NCBI RefSeq assembly: GCF_018977255.1
Contig: NW_024704743.1
Coordinates: 65,784,001 to 65,848,000 of the forward strand
Length of the DNA: 64,000 bases
Reading direction: 5' to 3'
Source of the DNA: Callorhinchus milii
Lineage: Eukaryota
The notes beneath the pieces are model-generated. The model was not told where the DNA came from. It worked only from the letters and a program-made list of their open reading frames with translations, and did no database searches. Position numbers and translations under genes: made by a program. Shown piece by piece: positions 39,376-53,514 of this stretch. The number at the start of each line of letters is the position of its first letter. Positions within the stretch are counted from its first letter, which is position 1.

Positions 39376-40214
39376 ACTGGATTCTTCTGATGGACAGAAT
39401 AACACTTTTCCAGCAAAAATGAAGCACTGTTTTTGAAAATTGCATGCTTAATGTTAAACTTCCAAAATTTGGTTTTGTTGTATAAAACCACGTGTTTCAT
39501 ATATACCAAGTAGTTACACATTAAACATTAGAAACGTCAAAACTTGCAAAAAATTATTCTGTAAATTTAATGCCAACTTTTCTTCTACTATGGGCTGGCA
39601 GACTCTAGGGGGCAGAAGAACCTCAGCAACCAGTCGTCCGTTGTCTGGTAATATGAGAGACTTTCACACATTAGTGCGAGGTTTTGAGCAACTTTAACAG
39701 GGCCCATCTCTCAGGTTTCAAATAGTATATGCATTGATTTGCACAGCATTTAAAAATTCATATACAGTGTGTAACACAAATTATACAACAACAGTAATGT
39801 TCATTTACATAGTGCCCTCCACTCTCAAAGCACTGCACAGTGATTGGACATGGAGCAAGGGAGAAGGGGGAGGGGAGGTGATCATAGGTGTGGTCGAAGA
39901 GGTAGGTTTTTAAGTGGACTTTAAAGATAGATAAATAGGGGATGAGGAAGAGGGATTGAGGCAGGGAATTACAGAGAGTTCGGGGTGTGGTGCCTGAAGG
40001 TAGGCTGCTGATGGTGGAGGAGTTGGGAATGTGCAGCAGGCCTGTGTTAACTGAGTGAAGGAGGCAAGCAGTGGAGTGGAATATGAGCAGATAAGAGACA
40101 TTAGAAGATAGGGTGAGAAGGGATTTGTATGCAATTGGTGATCTTATATAATAATACTTGAGACGATCTTGAAATTGATGAAAACCATAATCAATGATTG
40201 TTAATGTTGTGATC

Positions 40215-40645
40215 TACAACAACAACAAAATTACATTTATAGAGCGCCTTTCACATCAGGAGGATGTCCCAAAGCGCTGGACAGTCAGGTGTCGGGGCCT
40301 GAGCATGGGGGAGGTGTGGTGTAGGGGTGAGGGAAGGTAGAGAGGTGGGAGGGAGACCAAAGGCACGGTCGAAGAGAAAGGTCTTGAGACCGACCTTGAA
40401 GAAGTTAAGAGAGGAAGCGAGGTGAAGGGACCGTAGGATGGAATTCCAGAGTGTGGGGGCTGAGAGGCTGAAAGCCCGGCCACCAATGGTAGAGCGGGTC
40501 GGGCAGGAGACATGGAGAAGGCTGGAGCCCGATGAACGGAGGGAGTGGGCAGGTTGGTAGGGAGTCAGCAGGTCAGAGAGGTAGGAGGGGGCATGGCCAC
40601 GGATGGCCTTAAAGGTGAGGATGAGGAACTTGAACACCATCCTCT
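40215..40645 (-). mobile_element. L2 3' end
   Basis: FKFLILTFKAIRGHAPSYL...LWNSI...LKTFLF; an older L2 fragment lies at about 39785-40135. Confidence 0.9.
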
Positions 40646-41121
40646 GGGGATTTACTACTTTACTTTATATATGATCTAATATACTTTACTTTATATATTA
40701 TATATAATCTACTTTAATATGAGCATACCTCTTTACTCCAGAGAACAAGTGCACTGTTTGGGGGGTGGGAGGGGTCTTTTAAATTTGGTATCTTAATCAT
40801 TATTGTTGTCTGTTTAAAGCTTTCAGAGAAGAAAAAAATACAGATTCTTAGCAAATAAAGTTGACCCAATCAAGGAGTCAGGTAAAATATGTCATCAGCA
40901 AAAATCAAACTACAGTACATTCAATCAAATTAGTTCCATTAAAAGGCCATTTATAAAAGATTTAGCACTGATATTCATTGTTTAACTTACCATAAAAATA
41001 GAATTGAAACTATAGAACTTTCCTAAGGAGTTAGAGTTACTGTGGTGAAGACACAACAGGGGATGTGTTCAGTTGTCTGTGAAAGAAGTATAACTAATGG
41101 TCTGGATTTCCTTTTCTGATT

Positions 41122-41385
41122 CTTTTTGGTGTCTGATGTCTGACGCATGCTAAAGCATATCCAAACCAGATTGAGTTTTCCAAACAAGTATGCCTCCTAT
41201 CCATTTCCCTGTGTCTGGAATGGAATGCACACTCTCTCCCTATAGGGATGCACCCGACTTACCTAATCCAGACAACATTAGGCACAGGTTGGCAAGAGCC
41301 AAGGTTTGCTGATCCGAGAATGTTTGTTGGGGTGCTATATGACTTTTATGGGAGTTCAACCAGCAAAAGTCACATAGCTAGCTTT
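41122..41385 (-). mobile_element. Family X tail-proximal half
   Basis: TTTTTGGTGTCTG...GGAATGGAATG...CAGGTTGGCAAGAGCCAAGG. Confidence 0.75.
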
Positions 41386-43918
41386 AGATATTCTCTTACA
41401 AGTGATTTCAACCATTTCTTGTCTTCATAATTTATTTTGTTATTATTTATTTATTTTGTTCTGTTTTTTAGATTTCATTGGATGAACAATGTGAGATATA
41501 TTGGTGCATTAAATACATGTTCGACAGATGGTAGTGTTAGTAAACCTATTGACCGCTTTGTCTTTGTGTGATTGGGTTTATTTTCAAACCTTGTAATCTT
41601 TTTCACTGTAACTTAGTTCTCAGTTTACTCTATGGAGCTTCTGTCACGATTTGAATTGTATCTATTTTGATGGCTAGAGAAAGGATCGGCAATGATCTGT
41701 TTCACCATCAGTGTAAAATTTCTCAAATATTAATAATCCTTGCATTTGCTCACTTATCACATATTTGAGTCGTCTCACAGCACCTCACAGAATATATTAT
41801 AAAGTATATTTTATATATTATGTAAATATGTATATTTTGTGTGCGAAAAGCGCCAGCCCCGTGGATTGAGTGACCAAGTTATTTATTTATTGGATGAGAT
41901 TATTGGCCTCAGAAAAGCGATCCCCTAACTAGCAACCAGGTTCCTACTTACTGCTGGGTAAACAGAGGTGTGTGGAGAAAGGAAACAATTTGTCAAATTC
42001 TGGATGCTCCGAATGTTATATAAATAGAGCATTCTGGAATTTCTGCCCAAATGAGAACGACTGTAATTTCAGTTCTATTAAAAATATTTTAAACATTGTC
42101 TACTGCTGTATTAAAATAATTTAAAAATATTTCTTCTTTCATTCTTATTCATACCATGAACCATTCCTTAATGGGAAGTGCATGCAGAGAATCTGCTCCA
42201 GCCTGATGTACACACAAAAGTAGTCCTCTCTACATGTGTTTCCCCTCTTTCTTCTTTACTGTGGGTTTATGCTTTATCCCATGCTTCGTGCTTGAGACAT
42301 GGAGCTCACTGTGGGGGGAATTATGGTTACAAATGCACAACACTAACACTTCATTGCCAAGTTACTGTTATAGAGATTATAATATGTTCCTCTATCCACA
42401 ACACAAGGAAGCCATCTTGTTCAAGCTAATACAATGTGATCAGATAGAGTGCAATCAACCATAAGTATTGAAGTTTATTTCATCTTAGGACACACTAATA
42501 GTCAAAACAGCAATAGTACATTCCCTCCACATTGACGGAGCATTCCTAAACACCAGATCAAATAGAAGTAGTTATTGAACCTACATCCCATTAACAGATG
42601 TTTGTTTTATAAATCCCGTGACCAGATTCACTAGAGTTGAAGGAAAGTCAAGACCATGTTTTGTTTTAGTTATAGAACCCTTAGATCTGCTCTTTTTCTC
42701 ACTCTTTACCACTTATGGAGAGTGGAAACTTATATAATTTCTGCAATAACAACTTGCATTTATATAGCATCCTTCACACAGCATAGCATCTCGGTATGCT
42801 GGACAATACAGTGGTGGGGTTGGACAAGGGAGAAATGAGCAAGGCAGAAGGGTGAGGTGACTATAGATTGAAGAGGTAGGTCTTACGGTGGGGTTCAAAG
42901 ATAGAAATAGAGGGGGCGAGGCAGAAGGATTGAGGTAGGGAGTTCTGGAGATTAGGGGTGTTGTGGCTGAACTAGACAAACCTGCAGTAGTTAGGCTGGT
43001 CATTTGCATGAATTATCATGGAATTCATTTAGATGTCACATTGTTCCACTGGTGGAAATGTTCATTTTCATGGCAGATGATTTTACAGGATCCCGGGAGG
43101 CTTGTCCTTAAAAACTGGTTGAAAATGCACACAAAATACCATCCCACAACTCTCATTTGTAAGCCCCCACAAATAATTTCATGTATAAGAGCTATATCAG
43201 GCATCAAATATAGAAATGAAAAGATGTCCCTTATAAGCAAGTACCAAGAAAGATCAGTAATTATAGCAATGACACACCTTAAATTCTGCAAAGTACAGTA
43301 GTTTCACTCCACATTAAGATTCCAGGTCCAATACCTTAAATTAACCCATTGATTTTCCCTTGTAAAAAATAGCTACATTTCTGTATCCCTGGAAGGAGGA
43401 TGGAAATCACTGGACCTCTATGGCTTGGCCAAGACAATGATACCGGCGCGGTGAACATAGCACATCTCCGCAAACTCCGGGGAAATATTTAAAGAATCGT
43501 GAGGGAATGCCATGCCTCGAGTAATTCACACCCGTTCTCCCACTTGGGTTTCTGAGAGGGACGGAGCAAAGTGAGAGCGCACTGAGCAAGAGGAGGTGGT
43601 TGATGAAGTGCCTGAGCGAGAAATTTCTGGCCGCTTTCAGCATGTGAACTTTGGTGACCTGAAAACATGAGGCACCAAGATGCTGGCATGTAGATTGTTC
43701 AATGAGAAGAGTTGCAGCCAATTAACGCACCAGCAACTCTATCAATCTCCCTTATATGGGTACAACTCAGATAGTCATCCTTCACTTCCATCAACATGAT
43801 CATTGGTCGTGCCTGGCAAAAGCAACATGCTCTATACTTGAACGCTCTACAAACAGTTCTTTCAATACTACCCACACTCTCCACAGCCCCCCCCACACAC
43901 ATCAATCCTAAAATGAAC

Positions 43919-44232
43919 ATAATAATAATCCTTGCATTTGATATAGCGCTTTTCACGTCGGGAGGACGTCCCAAAGCGCTTCACAGAACACACTGTAAAG
44001 TGAATTGACTATATTTGTGGGCGAACGCGGCAGCCAATTGCGCACAGCAATGTCCCACAAACAGTCGTAGATTGAAAATGACCAATTTAATTATTGTTTT
44101 TGGTTTTTGGAGGGATTATTATTAGGTGTGTGGAGTAAGGAAACTTGCCCAAGGTTTCGCCCTCTGCCTGGAATTGAACTCAGGTCTCTCGCTTGCAAAG
44201 CGAGTGCTCTAACCACTGAGCTACAGCACTCC
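43919..44232 (-). mobile_element. tRNA-SINE short subtype, full length, low divergence
   Basis: CpGs largely retained; as 10722-11047. Confidence 0.93.
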
Positions 44233-44357
44233 ACCCAACATCCCCTCCCACTTCACACATCACCTAACTCACGCGGCACTGATGATACTGTTAAAGGGGA
44301 ATTGTACATACATTAACAAGATTATTTCATAGTATGATGATAGACTATAGTATTATG

Positions 44358-45838
44358 AACAACAACAACAAGATTCCATTTATAGAGCGCCTTTCACGTC
44401 GGGAGGACAGTTGGGTCAGGACCCGAGCAGGGGAGAAATGGTCAGGGTGAGGGGAAGGAAGGGAGGGAGCGAGGAGTGGGTAGAGAGTCGAGAGGGGAGC
44501 TGAAGTCACAGTCAAAGAGAAAGATCTTGAGACCGGCCTTGAAGGAGGAAAGGGAGGAGGCGGCGAAGGCACTGGGCGATGGAGTTCCAGAGCCTGGGGG
44601 CTGAGAGGCTGAAGGCCCGGCCATTGATGGTAGGGCGGTTGGGGCGGGGGATGTGGAGCAGACCAGAGCCAGAGGAACGGAGGGTACGGGCAGGTAAGTA
44701 GGGGGATAGTAGGTCGGAGAGGTAGGAGGGAAGGCATTCAGGGACACAGTTAAGGCACTAAAAGATTCAATGACTGTTGAAAAGCAGGACAACCGGGAGA
44801 CAGTTGCCACACTACCCACCTCTTCCCTTCACAAGCTGCAGACTAGACAGTATTCTACAGCTTGTGTACTTTCCCACATTAGACTCTGTGAGCCTATCAC
44901 CCCCTTCCTTGCGTCGCTCCACTGGCACTAAATCTCACAATAGATCGAGATTCTCTTTGTTACCTTTAAATCCTTCTATTGTCTTTCCCCATCCTACCTC
45001 TGCAACCTCCTCAAACCCTAACAAATCGTCCACTTCCTCTCCCCAGTGGGTACCAGCTTGCTTGATATCCTCCACCCACCCTTCCCCATCATTGGCGGAC
45101 AGGCATTCAGCCCTACTCTCTGGAACTCCATCCTAGAATCCTTTCAGTTCACTCCTCCCCTGTTTCCTTCAAGGTGTGCCTTGTACTTCCTCGTTGACCC
45201 CACTTTCAATGATCTTCTCCAATCACCCCCATTGCCCCCAGCCCCAGCTCAGGTGCAAACCTGCACTGCCCAGGCTTTGGGGCAATCCCCTTGACATGAA
45301 AGGCATTTAAAATTTGTGTCATATTCTGATACATCTATTAAATGTCTATTTGTTGGGAAAGGGGTTACCGAGGAGGATATTGGCTTGACCAACTTCAACA
45401 TCTTCTTCGTTGAGGAGGTGATATGCCAAATAGATAATGGTAAACCATGTGATATACAATACAATTTATTGATTTATCGGAGGAGGTCTCGAAGTATTTG
45501 ACATTGCTGGCTGAGGATCCTGGCTGGGGATGTAACACCAGAGGGGTGGAGAATAGAATAACCGAAAGTGTGGACAAAGAGGTGGGTATTGAGATGAAAC
45601 TTGAATGAGGTGAGCAAGGGAGTGAGTCAGAGATATTCCAGAAAGGAATTCTAGAGAGTGGAGGCAAAATAGCTGAAAGTCCACTCACTGAATGTACAGC
45701 GGATAGGGCAAGGGACATTAAGCAGAATGCTGCTTGATGAGGGAAGGGCGTGCCTAGGTTGAAGGGGGTCACAGAAGTAGGGTGGGGCAAGACCATGTGG
45801 AATTTGAGATTGAGAATGAGGATCTGGAATTTAATCAT
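44358..45838. mobile_element. Cluster of three L2 3' fragments (44358-44750 minus, 44880-45315 plus, 45455-45838 minus)
   Basis: L2 ORF2 C-terminal motifs (FKAGLKIFLFD, IGGQAFS..LWNS, IKFQILIL) and tails. Confidence 0.8.
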
Positions 45839-46167
45839 ATGATATAATGTGGTATACCTAGATTTTCAATTGTTGCTTGATTAACTACCACCCAGGAGGA
45901 ATTGCTCATGTTCAGATCACCCTTTGTCTTACCTGTTTACCATTTGTGTGGCTGTTTTAGATTTGTTCAAAGGTGTAGTCTGTGTTTAATTATGAAACAA
46001 CAACAACAATAACTTGCATTTATATAGTGCCCTTTATTCGGGTAGCATCTCAAAGCATTTAAGATAAAGATAAGAATATGATAAATGCAAAGTGCGCATG
46101 AGCCAACCTACTGCTAGTTCTGTTTTAGTTGTATAATCACTTCAACATCTTCATCTAATTTGTCTCT

Positions 46168-46622
46168 TTATTTTGGTCAGCTGGGTGTCTGACACACACG
46201 GAACCCAATCACCATACTTAAGAGTATCCAAACCAGATTCAGAGTTCCAATATGTGTGCCACCTATACATGGAAATTTCTCTGTGTCTGGATTGGAACGT
46301 GTACTCTTTTCTCAGAAGTACACACTCTGCTTACCCATTTCTGGAGAATATTAGACACAAGTTGGCAAAAACCAAGTCTTGCAGACCCCAGAGTGTCCAT
46401 TGGGGTACTGCTGGAGTTTCATCAGCTAAAATCCATAACTAGCCATTGAGAGCACTGACTGGCAAGCTTTTTTGTAGGGTTTACAGGAGCTACATGGGAA
46501 AAAACCTCCATTTGCCCTTCAAGTCCTACTGACAACCCAGGCTGGCTGGTCTGTCACCAACATTGCCTTGAGGTACTGCAGATCCGCCTGTCTTAGGAAC
46601 TGGACAACTGAGACTGCTACAG
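46168..46622 (-). mobile_element. Family X copy with internal deletions
   Basis: TTTTGGTCAGCTGGGTGTCTGAC...CTTAAGAGTATCCAAACCAG...GGAACTGGACAACTGAGAC. Confidence 0.8.
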
Positions 46623-46984
46623 AACAAAAGGTTGATTGGATCTTAATATTTAACTTTGAAGCAAAACCCAATCATGCCCGTATAATTAAAAATATTATAC
46701 CTGATATATTATCACTTTACACAGAAAACAATCACTGACTGGATAGATTACGAGGTGGAGTCTTAATGGCCAGGATACTGAACTAATTTAAGAAGCAGCT
46801 GTAACAGGCATATAATAGGATGGGTATTCTCTAGGATATGCCTCCTTTCACTTTGGGATGACATCTCATAGTGTCTCACGGAATAAACTGTAAAGTGTAC
46901 TGACTGTGTGTTTTGTAGGCTTCACTCCTCGAAGCTGCCTTGTAATCTTGTAATGTGGACATTTTCCAGGAGGGGAATTGGACG

Positions 46985-47162
46985 GAATGTGAACTTGGCT
47001 GATTTTAACCCTCCCAAACATGTGGATCCTGAAGCCAAATTGTAGCACCTCTACTATTATCACATTGACATCAGTTAGCTCCACACAGATCAGGTATTGT
47101 TCTGTGCTGCTTGATGTGGCTTATTTTGCACTGGGCTGAACCTTTACCGATTGAGCTATTGA
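46985..47162 (-). mobile_element. Old tRNA-like SINE fragment of a further family (related piece at about 31260-31375)
   Basis: Reverse strand ATAGCTCAATCGGTAAAG head, GAGCTAACTGATGTCA...GGTGCTACAATTTGGCTTCAG body. Confidence 0.5.
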
Positions 47163-47904
47163 AGGATCAGTTGATTCACAATATTAAGAAGTTGGTGCAG
47201 TTCCTCTTAATGATCTGTTTCACTGTGTTTGAGTCTATTCGTAACCATAAAATCTTTCTTGTTATGTTGTGATCAATTCTGTGGAATTTGTACGCAGGAG
47301 CACTCCTTCCTTACCGCAAAGGGGACTGTTATTTTGTTTGTACAGCACTGTCGTTTGCTCCAGGCTGGTGGGCCTCATTATCTGGTATGTTTTGTAGGTT
47401 TGCGGCAGATGTGGTGAACTGATCAGGTTCATTTAATTCAGTGGAAAATTCTTTCACTAAAATGTCCCACTTTGAACTTAAATTGGATTTTTTCCATGTT
47501 GCTTTAATAAAGACTGAGGGGGTGGGGTAGGATCCGTCTTGAGTATTTTTTTCCCCCAAATATTTTATTGTAGCAATGGCACAAGGGAGAGTTGAAGACA
47601 GAGCTGCACAAGTTTGTGTCTATGGGAAGAATAAGATGTTTAAGATTATACAGCTTCTTAAAGTTATTGTTTTCTATCACAGTTGTGTGTGTTTTAATAT
47701 TTATTGGAAAACAATTTAATTCAGCATGTTGCTTTGCAAACCTCAATCAACAACAATGTGTAACTTATAGCATTTTTCACTAGGATATGTATCACAAAAT
47801 GTTTCAGAAAGACATTGGGGAACATCGAACAAAGAGAAAATAATAATAATAATAATCCTTGCATTTGTTATAGCGCTTTTCACCTCTTCTAGACGTCTCA
47901 AAGC

Positions 47905-48590
47905 GCTTAAATGAAGGGGAGTTTAAGGGCATTAACTAACACCATATTCAAAGAGAGTTTGTTTTAATGAGCTTTGAAGATATGGAGCAAAGTGTAAGAG
48001 GAAGGATTTGGGGAGCGAATTTTTGCGAGTGAAGGCTTAGTGGCTGAAGCCTCAGTCATCTGGTCAGATGTAATGAATGAAGACTGAGCAATAAATCAGT
48101 GTTAGAAGAGTGGAGAGCATGGACAGGAGAACAGCCTTGCAGCAACTTGCAAAGGCAAGCGCTCTGAGATACTACCCTGCGTAAAAGGCACAAAACAAAT
48201 GCAAGTTGTTGCTGTTGAAGGTCGGGGTGAGAATCTTGAAGTTGATTCATTGGAGTGCTGGGAGCCAGGGTCTCGTCTGCAGAGGGGGCAAGATAAGACC
48301 ATAAGCAGACAATGTTCCAGAGATAGAGAAACGTGGTTTTGGTCAAGGACTAAACCAGGGTTTGACGCAAAGCTGGAGATCACAAAATATACCAAGGCTG
48401 CACATTTTCTTGTCTAGCTGGTGGGAGCAGTCAGGGAAATTGATAAAGTCAGAGGCAGAAACAAGAGGGTGCTGGCAAGGGCTGAAAAAGATGGTTTCAA
48501 TTTTGTTACTGTCCAACTGAAGGAAGTTAAAGCTTATACAGGACATGATATCTGACAGGCAATCCATCAAGACAGCAATAGTACTGGACT
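47905..48590 (-). mobile_element. Old L2 fragment
   Basis: DCLSDI..NFLQLDSNKIE..LGIFCD segment. Confidence 0.7.
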
Positions 48591-48783
48591 GAGCCCATGC
48601 CTGAACTACATCACTGAAAGGAAGTAATAATAGAGGAGGAACAAGTATAGCGCTCTGACAGCTGAAATCCCAATTGATGTTTTGTGTAGCACATACACAA
48701 TGTAATGCGATTGCCCTATCATTATTCGCCAATCATTAAAATCTCAACACAGAACACTGACTGGAATTTCAGCTCTTAAGGTA

Positions 48784-48940
48784 TAGAATCATAGAATCAT
48801 AGAATTATACAGCACAGAAGGAGGCCATTCGGCCCATCATATCAGTGCGGCTCTTTGAAAAGAGCTATCCAATTAAATCCCATTCCCCCACTCTCTCCCC
48901 ATAGCCCTGCAAACTTGTCCTCCCCAAATAATTAACTACA
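48784..48940 (-). mobile_element. CR1 extreme 3' end
   Basis: (ATAGAATC)n and AGGAGGCCATTCGGCCCATC. Confidence 0.9.
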
Positions 48941-49119
48941 TAGTATATGCCAGAGGTAAATGGGTATTGATGAGAAGAAATGCAATTGGATGAAATATAG
49001 TGAAAACATTGTGCTGGTGCGAGTGAAACCACAAACGTATCTTGTCACAGAGTTGAATCAGAGGAGAGAGAAAGAGAAAGAGTGAGTGAAAAATGGAAAA
49101 CAGCATCTCTCTGGCATTA

Positions 49120-49425
49120 GGAGTCCTATAGCTCAGTGGTTAGAGAACTCGCTTAATAAGCGAGAGACCTGGATTCAGTTCCTCGCAGGATAAAACTTTG
49201 GGCAAGTTTCCTTACTCCACATGCCTGATAATAATCCCTCAAGAAAAAAAAATAATTTTGTCACTTAGTCCATGACTTTTTGTGGGACACTGCTGTGCGC
49301 AATTGGCTGCCATGTTTCCCCCACAAAATATAAAGTCAATTCACTTTAAGGTATATTCTGTGAAGTGCTTTGAGATATCTAGAAAATGTGAAAAGCGCTA
49401 TATCAAATGCAAGGATTATTATTAT
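49120..49425 (+). mobile_element. tRNA-SINE short subtype, full length
   Basis: GGAGTCCTATAGCTCAGTGGTTAGAG head; ATCAAATGCAAGGATTATT tail. Confidence 0.9.
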
Positions 49426-52097
49426 CACTTCAACAACAACAAATAACATTTGTATAGCGCCTTTCACATCGGAAGGACTTTCTGCATACTGTGCATGGCT
49501 GCTATGTGCAGGAAGATTTGATTTTTTTGATGCTGAAAGCTGGGTGTACTGTATAATACAGTTGCCATAGGACATATTCGAGGCACTTCACAATGGTGTT
49601 GCCCTGTATTCATGATATGTTGGGAGATTACCAATAAAATCAATGGCTCATCTGTATTTGTCATACAAGGAGACTGATGCTATTGAGGAATATCAATTCT
49701 CTGCCTTGTGCCTGACCCAATACAGTCCCCCTGAACAACATGGAGATAAATGATTCTAAGCTTGATCCCAACTATTCTATACATGGATAGTGCTTTAGTT
49801 TGGTTGCTGTGAGGGAAGAAAAATTCTGAACTATTCAAAAAGAGAAAGAATCCTAAGGATGATTGCCAGCAAATTAAAGATTGTTAAACTGATCCATTCA
49901 GATTAAGAATGGAAACATGATAGCTGTTGGTTAAATTTATGAGAGAGTCTTTGAGGAATTGAAATAAACAAGATTATCATTGACCATCAAATGGCCGGAG
50001 GAGATCAATCGACTGAAACACGAGACTGTGAGAAGACTTTGTGTACCATGGGTGTGTGATCCTGAGGAAGTTGGTTAATGTGGAATGAAAGCATCAGCAA
50101 AGCAGTGGATGGGGATTGTCTGGAAGTGGGTGATATTGGTGTGGAGAAGGAACAAAGTAGCAAAGAGAATAGAGCTGTGAGAAACACTGAGTTGATAGAA
50201 AAAGAGAAAAGATGAGTATGATGGTAAATTTTTCAAAACTAACAATTTGAAGAGGGACAAAAATTATTAGAAACAAAATTAAATTATTAATTTATATTTG
50301 TAGAGCCTTTCATGTTGGGAGGATGTCTTACAGCGCTTGATACAGCTGGCCAGTCACCTGAACTACAAGTTGTGGGGGAGGGGCTGAAGAGGGAGGAAAG
50401 ATGACTGAAACCACAACCAAAGAGATAAGACTTGAGGTGGGCTTTGAAGGTGGAGACGGAGGGGTGAATCAAAGTGATTTGGGATAGAGTTTCATAGAGA
50501 GGGTTACATACGGAGATAAGAGATACATTTCACCCAAAAAATACGCAGTCAATTCACTTTGCAGTATATTCTGTGAAGCGTTTTGAGATGTCTCAATGAT
50601 GTCATAAGGCACTATATAAAATGCAAGGATTATTATTATTATACATATATTTAAGGAATTGTATACATCTAATAATAGGTCATTTTGAGAAACGCTGATG
50701 GAGTAAGGGCAATTATTAAATCATTGTGTTGTCAGGGTAGGATTAGGGAGTCAAGAATATATTCCACTAATAAAAAGAGCATTATTCAAATATTTTAAAT
50801 GATTGTGGGAATATATAAAGTGGACACCAAAAAATGTTTTTCATTAAATTAAAAGGAAACAGCAATTGAGCATGATGTTAAGATTAATGAATCTTAAGAA
50901 GTGGAGTCAAAGTGCTTTCTCACAGAACTTATTCAGAGTATCAATCATCTCTTACTGTAATGGATACCAAGATTGTTGACTGTTTTAAAAGGTAGGATGG
51001 AGTCAAAAGATGTAGACGCTGATGAAAGGTAAGATAGAGACAGAAATTGTTCATTGACTAACAATGGATTCATGGAGAGCAGGAGAATGTTTCTTACCTC
51101 ACCTACTTCATACGTGTACTTATAATTCTTAATTGTTACCAAAAGGACAAAGTACCGTTTTAGTTGTCTCAAACTAAACTTAAGGAGAATGCTTGGTTCA
51201 TTTTTTAAAGAAAAACAATAAACCCAAAGTAAATACACCTGACAACAGTGCGGTACTCACTAATACAACACAACTAAGTTTCAGCAATTAATCTGGATTA
51301 CGTTTCTTGCAGCTACAATCTTACTTCATTCACAAAGCTCTTTTTCACACAATAGCTTCAGTTGCCTCTCCAGGGATTTGGATGATTACAGAATGCCACA
51401 GATGAGTCTCATGAGATATGTAACACTATGAGTAGAGTTTGCCCAGTTTTGCTATTGATTTCAGTTGGTTTGAGTTGAATCTGATTAAATTATGAGGGAA
51501 ATATATAGTTATGGGGGAATTATAGGGGGATTTCATATAGAGTAGTATCAATTTTTGGTAACAGAAATAGCTATGCAATTAAATGGAGAATGCAATTTAT
51601 CCAATATGCAATTAAATAGAGTTCACTGTATTCTCTTCTCTGACACAGTAGGTTGAAGCTTTGAAGTCACACTCCAGTGCAGTCAAGTGTTGGGGGTGTG
51701 CCACTTTGTTGGGCATGCCTTCCTTCAGATAAAATGTTAAATTAAGGACCCGACTGCCTGTCTAGGTAGATATTAATGATAGAGTATTTAAAATGATGAG
51801 GGGTTTTGATAGAGTCAATAGAGAGAAAGTATTTCCACTGATCAATGAGTCAGTGACTAGAAGGCATCAATTTAAGATAGTTAGCAAATAGGGAGATAAG
51901 TTTTGTTATTGCTAAAACTGGTGTGCAAGTTTTGTTTTCTCGGCATGACCCACACCCTCTAAACAAACTCCTCTATGATTGCTGGCAAATGAAGTTTAAT
52001 ACAAATAAATGCAAGATGCTACATATGAGGAATAAGAATGGAAAACATATGTACTTCATGAATGAGTTGGAAGGAGAAAGCTGAAATAATTTAGGGG

Positions 52098-52232
52098 GAA
52101 CAAATAAGAGACTGTAAATAGGAGACTGTCAGGGCCGGGAAACCGGAAATTGTTGAAGTGGCGGAGGGCATCAGAAGAATTACGGATGTAGGTTGGTAGG
52201 GCCTGGACAAGAGACAACTGTCTCTCTCATAC
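52098..52232 (-). mobile_element. Penelope-like RT internal fragment inserted in an old CR1 remnant (about 51960-52470)
   Basis: Minus strand reads LVQALPTYIRNSSDALRHFNNFRFPGPDSLLFT; flanked by ATTTAGGGG direct repeats. Confidence 0.65.
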
Positions 52233-52479
52233 ATTTAGGGGTGTTAGTTAACTTGTTGCTCATCTTGTCAAAACAATGTGAAGCAACAATATACAAGGTA
52301 GACAGGCTGCTAAGCTATTTTATCAAATTGGTTGAGTTCAGATCCCCAGAATTCATATTCAGATTATCTAGTGCTCCGGTCAGTCCACTCCTAGAGAACT
52401 GCATATAGTTTTGGTTGCTACAAAGTAAAGTTGCTGCCCAGGCCTTAGAGGCAGTGCAGAATGCACCAACGAAGATAAT

Positions 52480-53490
52480 ACAACAACAATAAGATTACAT
52501 TTGTATAGTGCCTTTCACGTCAAGAGGACATCCCAAGGTGCTGCACGGGGGGGGCTGGGGTCAGGGGGGGAGAAGAGGGGGAGGGGAAGGGGGGTGACCG
52601 ATGGCATGGTCGAAGAGGAGGGTTTTGAGGTGGGACTTAAAGGAAGCTAAGGAGGAGGTGAGATGGAGTGATTGGGGGATGGAATCCCAGAAGTTGGGGG
52701 CAGAATGGCTGAAGGCTCTCCCACCAATGGTGGAGTGGGTGGGTCGGGGTATGTGGAGCAGGCCAGAACCGGCTGAGCGGAGGGAGCGGGCGGGTTGGTG
52801 GGGGTTAGGAGATCGCAGAGGTAGGGTGGGGTGAGGCCATGGAGGGCTTTGCAGGTGAGGACCAGGATCTAGAACTGGATCCTCTGAAGGATAGGGAGCC
52901 AATAGAGTCAGGTGAGAATGGGGGAGATGGGGTCATGGAGTTTGGTGCGGGAGAGGACACGGGCTGCAGAGTTCTGGATTATCTGCAGCTTGTGGAGGGA
53001 GGAGTTGGGAAGGCCGACAAGCAGGGCATTTGCATAGTCGAGCCTGGAGGTGATGAAGACATGAAGAAAAGTTTCAGCGGCCTGAGGGGTGAGGTAGTGG
53101 CGGAGTCGTGTGATGTTACGGAGGTGAGGGAAGGCAGAGTGGGTCATGGCTTGGATGTGGGGAAGAAAAGACAGTTGAGGGTCGAATAAGACACCTAAGT
53201 TCCTGACTGGCTGGTGAATTGAATTGCGCAACCATGGAGGTTAATGCTGCCAGAGCCTGAGGTGCTGAGGCGCTGGCACGAGCCAATCAGGAGGGCCTCA
53301 GTCTTGTTCACATTCAACTGTAGGAAATTTGCCCTCATTCAGGACTTGATGTCCAACAGGCAGTCTGGCAGGACAGCAGTGGTCCTGGAGTTGAGGGTGG
53401 AAGCAGAAAGATAGAGTTGGGTATCATCCGCATACATACGGAAGTTGACGCTATGTCTGCGTATGAAGTCACTACGGGGGAGCATGTAGA
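52480..53490 (-). mobile_element. L2 LINE 3' kilobase
   Basis: [33 protein letters not shown]; tail present. Confidence 0.95.
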
Positions 53491-53514
53491 TATTAAAGAT
53501 ATTAATGGTAATAA

